From an uncultured Verrucomicrobiae bacterium (GTDB lineage: Bacteria; Verrucomicrobiota; Verrucomicrobiia; Limisphaerales; Palsa-1400), in assembly GCA_963764165.1 (NCBI GenBank), contig CAVXRD010000001.1, forward strand, positions 1,472,001 to 1,536,000: a stretch of DNA of 64,000 nt. Reading direction: 5' to 3'. This document shows positions 51,028 through 61,517 of this stretch, in pieces. The notes under the pieces are model-generated. The model did not search any database and was not told the DNA's origin. It worked only from the letters and a program-made list of their open reading frames with translations. Position 1 is the first letter of the stretch. Each line of letters opens with the position of its first letter. Both the position numbers and the translations under genes were made by a program.

Positions 51028-54000
51028 CTAATTTAATCTCAGGCTGGCCAGGACCTGCTCGATTTCCCGCAAACTCCAGATGGCGATGTCGCCGTTCTCG
51101 CGGGCCACGGCAAGGCGACGGCTGTCCAGACTCCAGGCCAATGCGTAGACCGTGCTATTTTCTTCCGGCAGGGAGTAAAGGTATTTGCCCGTTTTGGGAT
51201 CCCAGATTTCCACGCCGCGCACAGAACGCGTATCGAACGCGAGCAAGGAACCGTCGGGACTGAGGCAAAAGTTCCAGATCGACGCCGGCCACGCTCTAAT
51301 GTCTCCAATTGGAAATGAGGAAATGCATTTTTCCGTCGCCAGATCGAAGGTAGCCACCTCCACGTTGGTTCCAGTCGTGAACATCAACTGGCGGCTGTCC
51401 GGTGTGAAGCTGCAACATTGAACGCCCCACAGCACTCCGGGTCCGACCGAACGCGGTTGATCCGCCCGCTGAAAATCCCAAATGTAAATGCCGCTCCCCT
51501 CAAACACCACGAATTTTGCGTCCGGCGAAAACAACAGGCTGTTTCCGGATGCCGTTGCCGACTTGAAAAGCGTGGCTGAAATTTTTCCCTGCCTGTCGCC
51601 GGGCGAGCCGTGCTGGATCTCCCAAATCTTGGTTCCGCTGCGACCGGTTGCGGCAACGAAATGGCCGTCGGGACTGAACTGCGCCGCCCAGATTCGCCCG
51701 ACGCCGTTACCACGGAGTTCGAGAAGCCGCTCGCCAGTATGCGCGTCCCAAATCCAGATCAAATCCGTTTCCCAATCTCCGGTGACCAGCCATTGCCCAT
51801 CGGCGCTGTAGCCCACGCATTGGCCTGGGCCGGGAAGAGTGCCAGAATCCCACAGGATGTCGCCTTTTACAGCGTCGCTCACTCTTGCCACGCGATCCTT
51901 CCCCACCGACACAATGCGCGCGCCATCCGGACTGAAGGCAATGCTGGTCACAGCGTCGCTGTGGGAGTGCAGCGTCAATTTTTCGGGGGTTTCCAGCCTG
52001 TATACCCACGGGCGCCTGGCAGACAGTGTCACCAAAAACCTTGCATCAGGCGCGAAGGCAAGTGGCGAAGCATCTTCCGGCTCCTCCAAAAAAGCTATGT
52101 CCTCCTGGCGCGCCAGACTCCAGAGACGGATGCGCATTTGATGTCTGATTGGAACGGCGATGGTGTCATTGGCGATGGCTGCGCCCGATCGAAAAAACTC
52201 CTTAAGATCGCTGACTCGTTGGAAACCAGGGAGCGAGTAGACCGTCCCACCTGAAACTGAAAAATAAGAAAGATGCGTTCCGTCAGGACTGAATTCGAGA
52301 CTTCCCGAGCTCGCCAACTGGGTTTGTTGCCGTCCCACGCGCCGGCCGCTCTCCACTTCCCAAAGTTCTAAAACGGGCTTGTTCGTGTCAGTGGGATCCA
52401 CGTTTTGCACCGCCAGATACTGTCCGTCAGGACTTAGAGCCGCGCTCCGGACATTGGTCATTTCAATCCCTGGGACGAACGTCCGGGTCTGCAAATTAAA
52501 CAGCCTCAGCTTCGAGTCTGGATTAGCCGCGTGTTCTTGCAACGGCGAGATCGAGGTAACGATGGAGGCAAACATGCCTTTGGTGGAGGCCGACAGGTCG
52601 ATGGCCCCGGGCAACAGGCTATTTTCCGTTTGAGACCAGATTCCGTTGGTTCTGCGGTTCCAAATATAAAGCCGCACGGCGGGCTGCCCCTGTTTCCGTG
52701 TTCCTGGAATCGGCCCGTACAGCGCAAACAATTGATCGCCCGTAGAATTGAAGCTGAGACTTGCTGGATAGTTCGTGCCCGCCAGCCGGGCCACTTCCCT
52801 GCCCGATGGAATCTCCCGCAGCAGGATCGTGCCATTGGCCAGTGCAAACGCCCCTAATTTTCCAGACACATCGAGATCCGCCGAGGTGATATTCGAGTTC
52901 GTTGGAAAATCGTCAAATGTCGTCGGCATCAGCCCAACAAAATCGCCGAGGGCGGCTACGGCTTCGCGCCGCAAACCAGACGGGTCTTTTTGGGGAACTT
53001 GAAGATCGCGCGCCTCTTGAAGAAGTTTGAAAACTTTGTCGCGATAACCCATGCGCCGGGCCAGCCTCGTCTCGCGCGCCTGGCCAACGAGCGAATCGTA
53101 AAGTTCCCGGCGCGCCGACGCTTTTTGATCCGCTTCGCTCGCCTCCGCTTTCTGCGCGCGATAGTGAGCCTGACGTTCCCGCAAGAACATCCACGTCGAA
53201 ACTGCCAAGCCTGCGCCGAGCGCGGCGACGAACGTCGCAGCGACGACAAAAGCGACCTTGTTGCGGCGCATCATTTTTTGAAAGCGATAGCCCGAACTTG
53301 GCGGGCGGGCGATGACAGGCTCGTTGGCTAAATGGCGCTCGATGTCCATCGCCAATCCGTTGGCGGTTTCGTAACGACGCGTGCGGTCCTTTTCAAGGCA
53401 CTTCATCGCGATCCAATCAAGATCACCCTGCAATTGGTGAAGCAGCCTGGTCGTATCGGTGGATCTTCGCTTCGCTGTCGCGGTCAAATCATCGCCCTTG
53501 AGTGTTGAGAAACTCGTGCTTGGCCGCACTGGCTCTTGCTCTCGAATGGTTTTGCGCATCGCGTCCAGGCCCGCTGCGATGAGTTCCTTTCCATCGAATG
53601 GAGTTCGCCCGGCCAGAAGCTCGTAGAGCAAAACACCCAGGCTGTAAATGTCGCTGCGCGTATCAATATCCAGACCGCTCATCTCCGCCTGTTCCGGACT
53701 CATGTAGGCGGGCGTGCCCATGAACTGATGCAACTGCGTGTAAACTGTTTCCGCCGTCAGCCGGCCTTCCGTCGCCTTGGCGATGCCAAAATCAATGACC
53801 TTCGGCACCGGCACGCCGTCGTGAAGCGTGACCATGATGTTCGACGGCTTGATGTCGCGATGGATGATTCCCTTTTGGTGCGCGTGCTGGACGGCGTGGC
53901 AGACCTTGATCATCAAGTTCAACCGTTCCGTCGTGTTGAGTTGGTTCTGGTCGCAGTAATCGGTAATCTTAACGCCCCGCACCAATTCCATGACAAAAAA

Positions 54001-54479
54001 CGGCGGCCGGTCTCTGTGGCGGCGGCGTCGAAGACCTTGGCGATGTTGGGATGATCCATCATGGCCAGGGCCTGGCGCTCCGCTTCGAAACGCGCGACCA
54101 CCTGCCTGGTATCCATTCCCAGCTTGATGACTTTCAGGGCAACGCGGCGCCGCACTGGCTCGTTCTGCTGGGCGACGTAGACAACTCCGCAGCCACCTTC
54201 GCCTACTTTCTCCAGCAGCCTGTAGCGGCCGATCGTTTGGCCAACGGCCTCGTCATCCGGGTTGATCAGGCTGGATTTGGCCGATTCGCCACTAGGCCTT
54301 GGCGCAGGACTGTCAAAGAAATCGCCAGCCTCCTGATCAGCTTGAAGAAGCTCCTCCACTTGCTGGCGCAAGGAGGCGTCGCCAACGCACACTTCATCAA
54401 GGTACGCGGCGCGCTCATCGCCGGGCAACTTGCGCGCTGTATTGAAAACATCCGCTGCACGCGCGGGGGATTCTGGCAT
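51028..54479 (-). pseudogene. Ser/Thr protein kinase with TM and WD40 repeats, frameshifted at ~54,000
   Basis: GEGGCGVV and VALK in ORF 53919-54494; HRDIKPSN, DFG, GTPAYMSPEQ and WD40s in ORF 51028-53991. Confidence 0.88.
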
Positions 54480-54583
54480 AAATTCGCGTCCCACTATCCG
54501 TCCATGGTTGTGAGAAATCGAAGCAAATAGACCGTTCCAACATTCCTATGTTGTTGAACCAGCGGCATTCGCTCATCCATTAC

Positions 54584-54615
54584 CAATGCAGGATTCCAGC
54601 GCAAAAAGCGCAAAA
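54584..54615 (-). promoter_or_regulatory. Putative ECF-dependent promoter of the kinase
   Basis: TTTTGCG-N19-GCATTG. Confidence 0.6.
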
Positions 54616-54676
54616 AAGTTACTCATGCGAAAAACAAATTCGAGCAAACCGCTAGAAGAACATTCGATCAACCTGC

Positions 54677-55240
54677 TCATGGAAGTTGTGCCTTGATTTC
54701 CCGGTAGAGCCAGGCGCGCGCGAAGGCCCAATAGTTGTCGGCAGTGCGCGCGGAAATATTCAGCGCCGCAGCCGCTTCCTCCAAAGTCATTCCCACGAAA
54801 TAGCGAAGCTTCACCAATTCAGCTTCCGCCTTGTGCTGCACGGCGAGTTTGTCGAGAGCGTCGTTGACGGCCAGAAGCTTGTCATCGGGATATGGAGCGC
54901 GAACCTCGTCGGCAAGTTCGAAGTCAACGCGCTGCTGGCCGCCACCGTGGCGAATGGCCCGCTTGCTCAAGGCTCTGTCAATTAGAATACGCCGCATCGC
55001 CTCAGCTGCGGCGGAGAAAAAATGTGCGCGATTGGCAAAAGGCGGATTCTCCGCCCCGACCAGTCGCAGCCACGCTTCGTGGACCAGCGCGGTGGGCTGC
55101 AAAGTCTGATTAGGCGATTCACGGGCCATCTTAGACGCTGCCAGCTTGCGCAACTCATCGTAGACGAGGGGGAGCAGTTCGTCAGCGGCCTTGAGGTCCC
55201 CGTGTTCGATCGAATCAAAGATGCGGGTGAGCTGACTCAT
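54677..55240 (-). CDS. ECF sigma factor, TIGR02999 type
   Basis: LLPLVYDELRKLAA, TLQPTALVHEAWLRL, W.FARAWL. Confidence 0.93.
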   Translation of the reverse strand: MSQLTRIFDSIEHGDLKAADELLPLVYDELRKLAASKMARESPNQTLQPTALVHEAWLRLVGAENPPFANRAHFFSAAAEAMRRILIDRALSKRAIRHGGGQQRVDFELADEVRAPYPDDKLLAVNDALDKLAVQHKAEAELVKLRYFVGMTLEEAAAALNISARTADNYWAFARAWLYREIKAQLP

Positions 55241-55519
55241 TGAGCCTCTAGCTTAACCTGCTCCCGAGGCGTTTCGCCAGAGATTATCGCAGCGGATATC
55301 ATTTGCCAATGGACCCGGCGGTCGTAGTCTGACGAAGTCTTCCCAATATCATCGGCAGGGACCGCCCCTCGCGCAACGGTCTCGGTTTCGATTTTATGAT
55401 CCGTGCTGATGGGTGATTGACCTCGCCCTTCTATCACGGCTCCGATTTCGTCGCAAGTAGGTAAAGACGCTCTTGAGATTCGGCGTCCCTCCATTATCGT
55501 AGGGGTAACTAGAAGCGCG

Positions 55520-55942
55520 ATGGACACGGCTGTCATAAATGTCGATATCTGCTCAGTCAGTATTATTCTTATCGAGGACGATCAGGACGATATTTTCTTT
55601 TTTCTCCGGTCACTATCGGCTGCAGGTTTTCCGAAGCAATGTATTCATGTGTTTGACGGGAATTCTGTGAGGTCGTATCTCGAAGCCCATGCCCGCCAGC
55701 CGCACTTGGTGTTCCTCGATCTGAAAATGTCCCGAGTTAACGGATTTGAGTTCCTCGAATGGCTTAGTAACCAATCATTTCGGAGTTTTATCGAAATTGT
55801 TGTCCTCAGCGGCTCAAATTCACCTGATGATTTCAGAGAGGCGAGCGCACTTGGAGCGTCGGATTTCCTTCCCAAACCTCTATCAAGCACTGTTCTCGCG
55901 GAAAAAATCCACGATTGGCTGCATCAATCGGCGCAAGCGTAA
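55520..55942 (+). CDS. Single-domain response regulator
   Basis: ILIEDD.DD, FLDLKM, LPKP. Confidence 0.85.
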   Translation: MDTAVINVDICSVSIILIEDDQDDIFFFLRSLSAAGFPKQCIHVFDGNSVRSYLEAHARQPHLVFLDLKMSRVNGFEFLEWLSNQSFRSFIEIVVLSGSNSPDDFREASALGASDFLPKPLSSTVLAEKIHDWLHQSAQA

Positions 55943-56202
55943 GCCCCTCATGGGGAATTCGTTGCACAAACCAATGACGTGAAGTGGCCACACCCTAAAA
56001 AATGCACCGACGCGACCGGAAACAAGAGGATTGATCGGTTAGTCGATTCAAAGCGGTCGCATCCGCGCCTATTAACTTTCCTTAATTCCAATTCCAGTGC
56101 CAGAGACGAGAAAATCGCTAGCGTCAGTTCGGCTGCGACCGCTAGGCCGAATTCTGAGCCTCACCGATTGGCGTTTCAGATTTTGAGAAAGCGTCGTAAA
56201 TT

Positions 56203-56691
56203 TTACAGTTCTCCAAACTGGACCTTGCGCGCCGCATCCAAGCCGTCCGTGCAAATTAATGGAAGTTCGTTCAACCGCAGCCAAAAGTCTTTTATCATTC
56301 TGGCAAGTTCTGCCCTTTGAGAGATTCCGGGGGGTTTAACGACAAAAGCGTTTACACCAAGCCGGTAGGCTTGCTCAACATCGGTCGGAATTGCAGAAGA
56401 TGACAACATTACGGTCGGCAGGCAGCGGAACGATTCCTCACTCTGAAGCCATCGCAATACATCAATCCCGCTTTTGCGCGGCATTTTCAGATCAAGAATT
56501 ACCAAAGCAGGCAAAGGAAAATGGTTCCGATCGGAATATTTTCCTTTACCAGAAAGATACTCGATAGCCTCCTGGCCGTCGCAAACAATGCGAAGTGGAG
56601 TCTGGATTCCCGCATCTTCAAACGCGCGTTGCAGAAGGAACACGTCATTTGGATCATCTTCCGCCAATAACACTCCACGATCAGTTTTCAT
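56203..56691 (-). CDS. Single-domain response regulator (Rcp1-like)
   Basis: LLAEDDPND, ILDLKMP, AY.LG.N.F.VKP; ATGA overlap with the histidine kinase. Confidence 0.9.
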   Translation of the reverse strand: MKTDRGVLLAEDDPNDVFLLQRAFEDAGIQTPLRIVCDGQEAIEYLSGKGKYSDRNHFPLPALVILDLKMPRKSGIDVLRWLQSEESFRCLPTVMLSSSAIPTDVEQAYRLGVNAFVVKPPGISQRAELARMIKDFWLRLNELPLICTDGLDAARKVQFGEL

Positions 56692-58610
56692 GTTTCTGCT
56701 CCCGATAATTGCAACCAAAACCGACTTCCTTTTCCCGGTTCGGATTCAACCCCAGCTTCGCCGCCCATGCGCTCGGCCGCTTTGCGGACGATAGCCAGTC
56801 CGATGCCCGTTCCCGGAAAAGCGTTGCCATGCATCCTTTGAAACATTTGGAAAAGGCGTGGCTTTCCATGGGCAGCAATGCCAATACCGTTGTCTTCAAT
56901 CCAAAGACGCACCCCGCCGCCATTCCGCTCGGTGTAAATGCGGACCGCAGGCACAGTGTTTTGTGACACAAATTTAACCGCATTGTCTAACAAATTCGTA
57001 ATGCACTGGGTCAGGGAAGTTTCGTTTCCCGTCACCCACAATAACGGCGTTTCAATCTTGATCTCGGCTCGCGGTAGCTGAAAGTCGGGCCGGTCCTGAA
57101 TAATATTCTGGATAACTTTATACACATCGACAGCCTCAATCGCGACCGGGGCGCGAGCCACGCGAGTAAACGTGAGCAAATCGAGGATCAATTTGTCCAT
57201 GCGTTGGGCAGCCCTGATGGCTTTCCTGAGCAGGTCCGATCCTTTCGGGTCAATTTTTTCACCGTAATCCTTCAACACAATTTCCGAGAAGCTTTCAATG
57301 GTCCGCAATGGAGCGCGCATGTCATGCGACAAGCTATACGAAAAAGCTTCCAGTTCGGAGACGGTCTTTTCCAGTGTGCGTGTGCGTTCACGAACCTCAC
57401 GTTCCAACTCTCCGGCATACGATTGAAGTTTTGCGTTCGCTTCTGCCAGGGCCTGCTCGGCGTGCTTGCGTTCGGAAATATCGCGGGCGATTTTCGAGGC
57501 CCCGATTATCTGGCCGTCGCTATCTTTAATAGGAGAGATAGTCAATGAAATCGGAAGTCGGCGGCCATCCTTGGCCACTCGAACCGTTTCAAAGTGATAC
57601 ACGCGCTCCCCTCGTCGCAACCGGGCGAGGATTTCATCCTCTTCTTTTTGCAGTTCCAGAGGAATCAACATTTTGATCGACCGGCCAATTATTTCGTCCC
57701 CTGAGTAGCCAAAGAGGCGTTGCGCGCCTTCATTCCAACTGGTAATAATCCCGTCAAGATTCTTGCTGATAATCGCGTCGTCGGAATTTTGCACGATCGC
57801 GGCAAGCCTCAATGCCGTCACTTCGGCCGCGCGGTGCTCAGTGACATCCCGGAAAACCAGAACCACTCCAAGCAACTCCCCCGCGCTTCCGCGTATCGGC
57901 GCTCCGCTGTCGTCAATTGGCCGTTCTGTTCCGTCCTTTGAAATGAGAATAGTATGGTTGGCCAGCCCGACAACGGTTCCTTGTTGAAGAACTTTGGTGA
58001 CGGGGTTTTCAACGGGTTTTCGGGTAAATTCGTTGACGATATTAAATGTGTCAACCAACGGAACGCCGAAAGCCTCTGGTGGCTTATGTCCTGTCAATGC
58101 CTCGGCCACGGCGTTCATGAATGTGACTCGACCGTTCCGGTCCGTCGCGATTACGCCGTCCCCTATGCTGGACAAGGTGACACGAAATTGTTCTTCACTT
58201 TGCCGAATCCGTTCCCGGGCAGCCACTTGGGGGGTAATGTCTCTCGCAATTTTGGATGCTCCAATAATCTTTCCATCTGAATCAACGACAGGCGAGACGG
58301 TGAGCGAAATATTCAGCAGGGCACCGTTCTTGGCCCGTCGAATGGTTTCGTAATGTCTAATACGCTCGCCCCTCTTGATTCGTTCGAGAATCATTGGCTC
58401 CTCGTCCGTCCGGTCGGGGGGGATGAGCATTACCACCGGTTGTCCGATGGCCTCCTGCGGCGTGTATCCAAAAATCATTTCGGCGCCTCGGTTCCAACTC
58501 GTAATGACGCCATCGAGATTTTTAATAATGATCGCGTCGTCGGACGAGTCCATAATGGCCACCAGCAATGCATGAGACTGCTCCTCGAACGGATTCATAA
58601 TTCTCAACAC
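56688..58610 (-). CDS. Cytoplasmic triple-PAS sensor histidine kinase
   Basis: Three PAS domains, FSYSLSHDMRAPLR, NLLDNAVKF, GTGIGLAIV. Confidence 0.93.
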   Translation of the reverse strand: MLRIMNPFEEQSHALLVAIMDSSDDAIIIKNLDGVITSWNRGAEMIFGYTPQEAIGQPVVMLIPPDRTDEEPMILERIKRGERIRHYETIRRAKNGALLNISLTVSPVVDSDGKIIGASKIARDITPQVAARERIRQSEEQFRVTLSSIGDGVIATDRNGRVTFMNAVAEALTGHKPPEAFGVPLVDTFNIVNEFTRKPVENPVTKVLQQGTVVGLANHTILISKDGTERPIDDSGAPIRGSAGELLGVVLVFRDVTEHRAAEVTALRLAAIVQNSDDAIISKNLDGIITSWNEGAQRLFGYSGDEIIGRSIKMLIPLELQKEEDEILARLRRGERVYHFETVRVAKDGRRLPISLTISPIKDSDGQIIGASKIARDISERKHAEQALAEANAKLQSYAGELEREVRERTRTLEKTVSELEAFSYSLSHDMRAPLRTIESFSEIVLKDYGEKIDPKGSDLLRKAIRAAQRMDKLILDLLTFTRVARAPVAIEAVDVYKVIQNIIQDRPDFQLPRAEIKIETPLLWVTGNETSLTQCITNLLDNAVKFVSQNTVPAVRIYTERNGGGVRLWIEDNGIGIAAHGKPRLFQMFQRMHGNAFPGTGIGLAIVRKAAERMGGEAGVESEPGKGSRFWLQLSGAET

Positions 58611-59174
58611 TTTATTCCAGTAATTTTGACGAGTGTTATAAGGTGCTCTCCTACGCGGTCAGAAGAAACGGAATCATTCAGCCTCTCCCATCTCTTTCGA
58701 AATATCGGCGCAAGACGGCGATCCCGCAACCCCAAATTCGCATTGGAAACGTGTCCACTGCCGCGCTCGGGAGGGCCTCGCCATCGCACGAGGGAATACG
58801 GGCTCTCCGATTCAACCCATCGTAACAGACGTTGTAATGCCACATAGGGGTGGCCACTATGAGTGAACGCCATCGTCGCAATATGCCCGAACGTCAAAAC
58901 ACTGATTAGATCGGGCTACGCCGATGAAAACACAGCGCTTTTCATGTTCTCCCGCAAGGCCGTGCGTCCCTTCCAAAGCCTTATTTGTTAGTGGCTCTTA
59001 CGAACAAGGTTCGAGAAATGTTGGATCATTAAGACAGGCTCGATTGTTCACGGGTCGGCCACTCGATTATATTACACGCTCTCAACCCTGAACCTCTTTA
59101 ATATTGCGCGGTGTTTGAACTTGTCACATTGCCTTCTAAGTTCCTGGTCGTAAAGGTCTTACAGCTTGTGCGCG

Positions 59175-59681
59175 ATGTTGCCTTTTTGCGACCGCACTGT
59201 AAGCGTCGCCCGGAAGGATGTTGCACCCGTATGGACACGGAGTTTTCCAATTGCAAAGGAGCCTACAACCCTTGGCGAACACCTCAAGAAGAAACGGTTC
59301 TTGGCTGGCATCCGACAATCGGAAGCCGCTCTAAAACTGGGGGTTAGCGACAGAACCCTTAGCCTTTGGGAAACAGACCGGGTGTATCCGGCCTGGGCTT
59401 TCCAGCCCCGTCTAATCACTTACCTCGGATACGACCCATTCACCAACCCGGCGCTTGGAAATCCTAAAGGCAACGAAACATCGCGTGTTGCCTTTTTATC
59501 ACCCGATGCCCCCGCCACCACCGGTCAGAAAATCAAAAACCGCCGTTTTAAATTAAAGAAAACGAGGAAGCAATTGGCATCGGAACTAGGCGTTAGCGTC
59601 AAAACGCTGTGGAGCTGGGAAACAGATCGCCGGCAACCGACATCCCAAGGCCAAGAGCAGATTGCAAAGTTTCTTGAATGA
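59175..59681 (+). CDS. Tandem XRE HTH protein, paralog of 42812-43324
   Basis: MLPFCDRTVSV...LGEHLKKKR...QSEAALKLGVS; second HTH. Confidence 0.8.
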   Translation: MLPFCDRTVSVARKDVAPVWTRSFPIAKEPTTLGEHLKKKRFLAGIRQSEAALKLGVSDRTLSLWETDRVYPAWAFQPRLITYLGYDPFTNPALGNPKGNETSRVAFLSPDAPATTGQKIKNRRFKLKKTRKQLASELGVSVKTLWSWETDRRQPTSQGQEQIAKFLE

Positions 59682-60037
59682 GCGGATTACCGTTGGCGGC
59701 ACTGGGCCTGTTGGCTTCTTGCCACCGCACCATTCACCATGTTCACAGAACAACATCGCTCCATTTTAAGCAGTTGCGAAACTATCCAGCAAGCCCCAAG
59801 ACCCTTGGCGAGCACCTTCGCAAAAAGCGGATGGACCTCCACCTTTCCATGCCGCAACTTGCTGCAACGCTGGGACTTGGAATCACCGTCACCGAGATCG
59901 AGAAATGGGAAAAGAATCAGAATCGACCGACGAACGAACACCGCCATCAAATCGTTCAGTTCCTTGGGTTTGACCCGGCAACCACAAAAAACAGGCAGCT
60001 AATAGCGAGCCGCCTGTTGGGTATTGACCACCGATAA
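59678..60037 (+). CDS. XRE HTH protein
   Basis: YP..PKTLGEHLRKKRMDL...KWEKNQNRP. Confidence 0.7.
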   Translation: MSGLPLAALGLLASCHRTIHHVHRTTSLHFKQLRNYPASPKTLGEHLRKKRMDLHLSMPQLAATLGLGITVTEIEKWEKNQNRPTNEHRHQIVQFLGFDPATTKNRQLIASRLLGIDHR

Positions 60038-60491
60038 GTGCTAGCGCGGTGACAGCGCAACGCCCTAAATTGTGGAAATTTGATTCAAGAGCCAGCCTGC
60101 CGTAGTCTCTCTGGCATGATTAAACGGATGATTGGTGGACAGAATTGCAGGACTGTCGCCTTCCGAATGCGCTCCGGTGGTCCCCCAATTCTTGGTTTCT
60201 TGATGAGGTTTTAGTCAGGCATATGGTTTGGTCCTTAGGCTCGTTTAGTTTGGAAGTGCTTGCTTGTTAACGGGTTTAGGACGGTTCGAACGACTCATCA
60301 GAGTGAAAAGTAGCGACGGCGAAGAAGTTGTGGAAACCGTTTGCACGTCGCGAGTTCTGGTGACGGGCAGTCTGGATTTCGTCGCCAACGCCCAGCGAAC
60401 TTCATTCGCTATTTATAGATCTTAAAAGAAGTACATTCTATTTGACGATTGTTCTTGAACTTCACGATGGAAACGCATAATGTAATAACCA

Positions 60492-61451
60492 ATGGTACCA
60501 AGCTTATTGGAAACTTTTGCGCCGATCCTTAGAGCGACTCGTGAGGAAAAAGGCTGGGCGCAAGCCGAATTGGCCGAAAACAGTCGCGTCGCGCTACGAA
60601 CGATTATGAACCTTGAATCTCCAAAAGGGAATACAAAGGTCAGATTCGACGTCATCGTTAGATTGGCACATGCACTGAGCAAGCCTCAGACCGATTGGCT
60701 GAAGCACACGGGGCACTCCCAAATCCCCCAGACCCGAATTGACCAAGTATTGAAAAAAATGGGCGTAGTCGATTTCCACGGGGAGAAGGAACCAGTCCAT
60801 TTTTTTCAAAGCTTGGATGACAAGCTCCAAAAGGGGAGTCCTGTGATCGCCATCATTTGCTATCGAACATTTTCATCGTACACTCACCAAAAATTCTTTG
60901 CGACTAGCATAGCGCCGTTGCTCGACACAGGGAAACTGTTTCTCGCTCTTGTTTGCCCATATCCCAAAATCCAGGATATCGATCAAGTACAGAAGCAAAC
61001 TCTTTCAAGGATATATTCGCAAGTGAGAAGTGAAGTGATCGGAATCACCAAGGAAGTAAAGACCGTGATGAGAAATCCGCAATTCAGAAATCACATGGCG
61101 GCGTTCTCTTTAAATGCGAAGCTCGACAACGCGGTGCCTCCAACGCTCGGACTCTCGGAGTTCCGGCCCATACTGGTGCAATCATTTGTAGAATATTCGC
61201 CAACAAACAAGAAGCCAGAGTATGAATTGACCGGTTGGCTAACGTTCCTACAAGATCACAAGGAACGCTGGATACATATTTTTCCTGCACCGCCGAAACT
61301 CACATCTCAACAAGACGCCCATCGTAAAATATGCGATGCTTGGAAGGAATATTTTCAAGAGATCCTTGATAACTGTAACTATGAAAACGAAGGTTGGATG
61401 AAAGACTCACAGCATTGGGGCATTTGGGATATGGCGGACATTATGATATAA
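60492..61451 (+). CDS. XRE HTH regulator with a large unrecognised C-terminal domain
   Basis: LRATREEKGWAQAELAENSRVALRTIMNLE; ~240-aa C-terminal region. Confidence 0.8.
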   Translation: MVPSLLETFAPILRATREEKGWAQAELAENSRVALRTIMNLESPKGNTKVRFDVIVRLAHALSKPQTDWLKHTGHSQIPQTRIDQVLKKMGVVDFHGEKEPVHFFQSLDDKLQKGSPVIAIICYRTFSSYTHQKFFATSIAPLLDTGKLFLALVCPYPKIQDIDQVQKQTLSRIYSQVRSEVIGITKEVKTVMRNPQFRNHMAAFSLNAKLDNAVPPTLGLSEFRPILVQSFVEYSPTNKKPEYELTGWLTFLQDHKERWIHIFPAPPKLTSQQDAHRKICDAWKEYFQEILDNCNYENEGWMKDSQHWGIWDMADIMI

Positions 61452-61517
61452 TGCTAGCGATGCCACGGTCGATCTCTAAGATGAGGTTGATCAACAATTT
61501 AATATCTGCTTGATGAT

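Noticed and set aside
55237..55536. 99-aa ORF overlapping the ECF sigma start (ATGA)
   Set aside because: No recognisable motif, and it overlaps the divergent regulator's start; cannot be supported
58611..59160. Short ORFs between the histidine kinase and the second XRE module
   Set aside because: No recognisable domain in any listed frame
60040..60420. Possible precursor peptide or divergent gene for the radical SAM
   Set aside because: The best minus-strand RBS plus ATG (AAGGA..ATG CCT GAC TAA) stops after 3 codons; no convincing RiPP precursor
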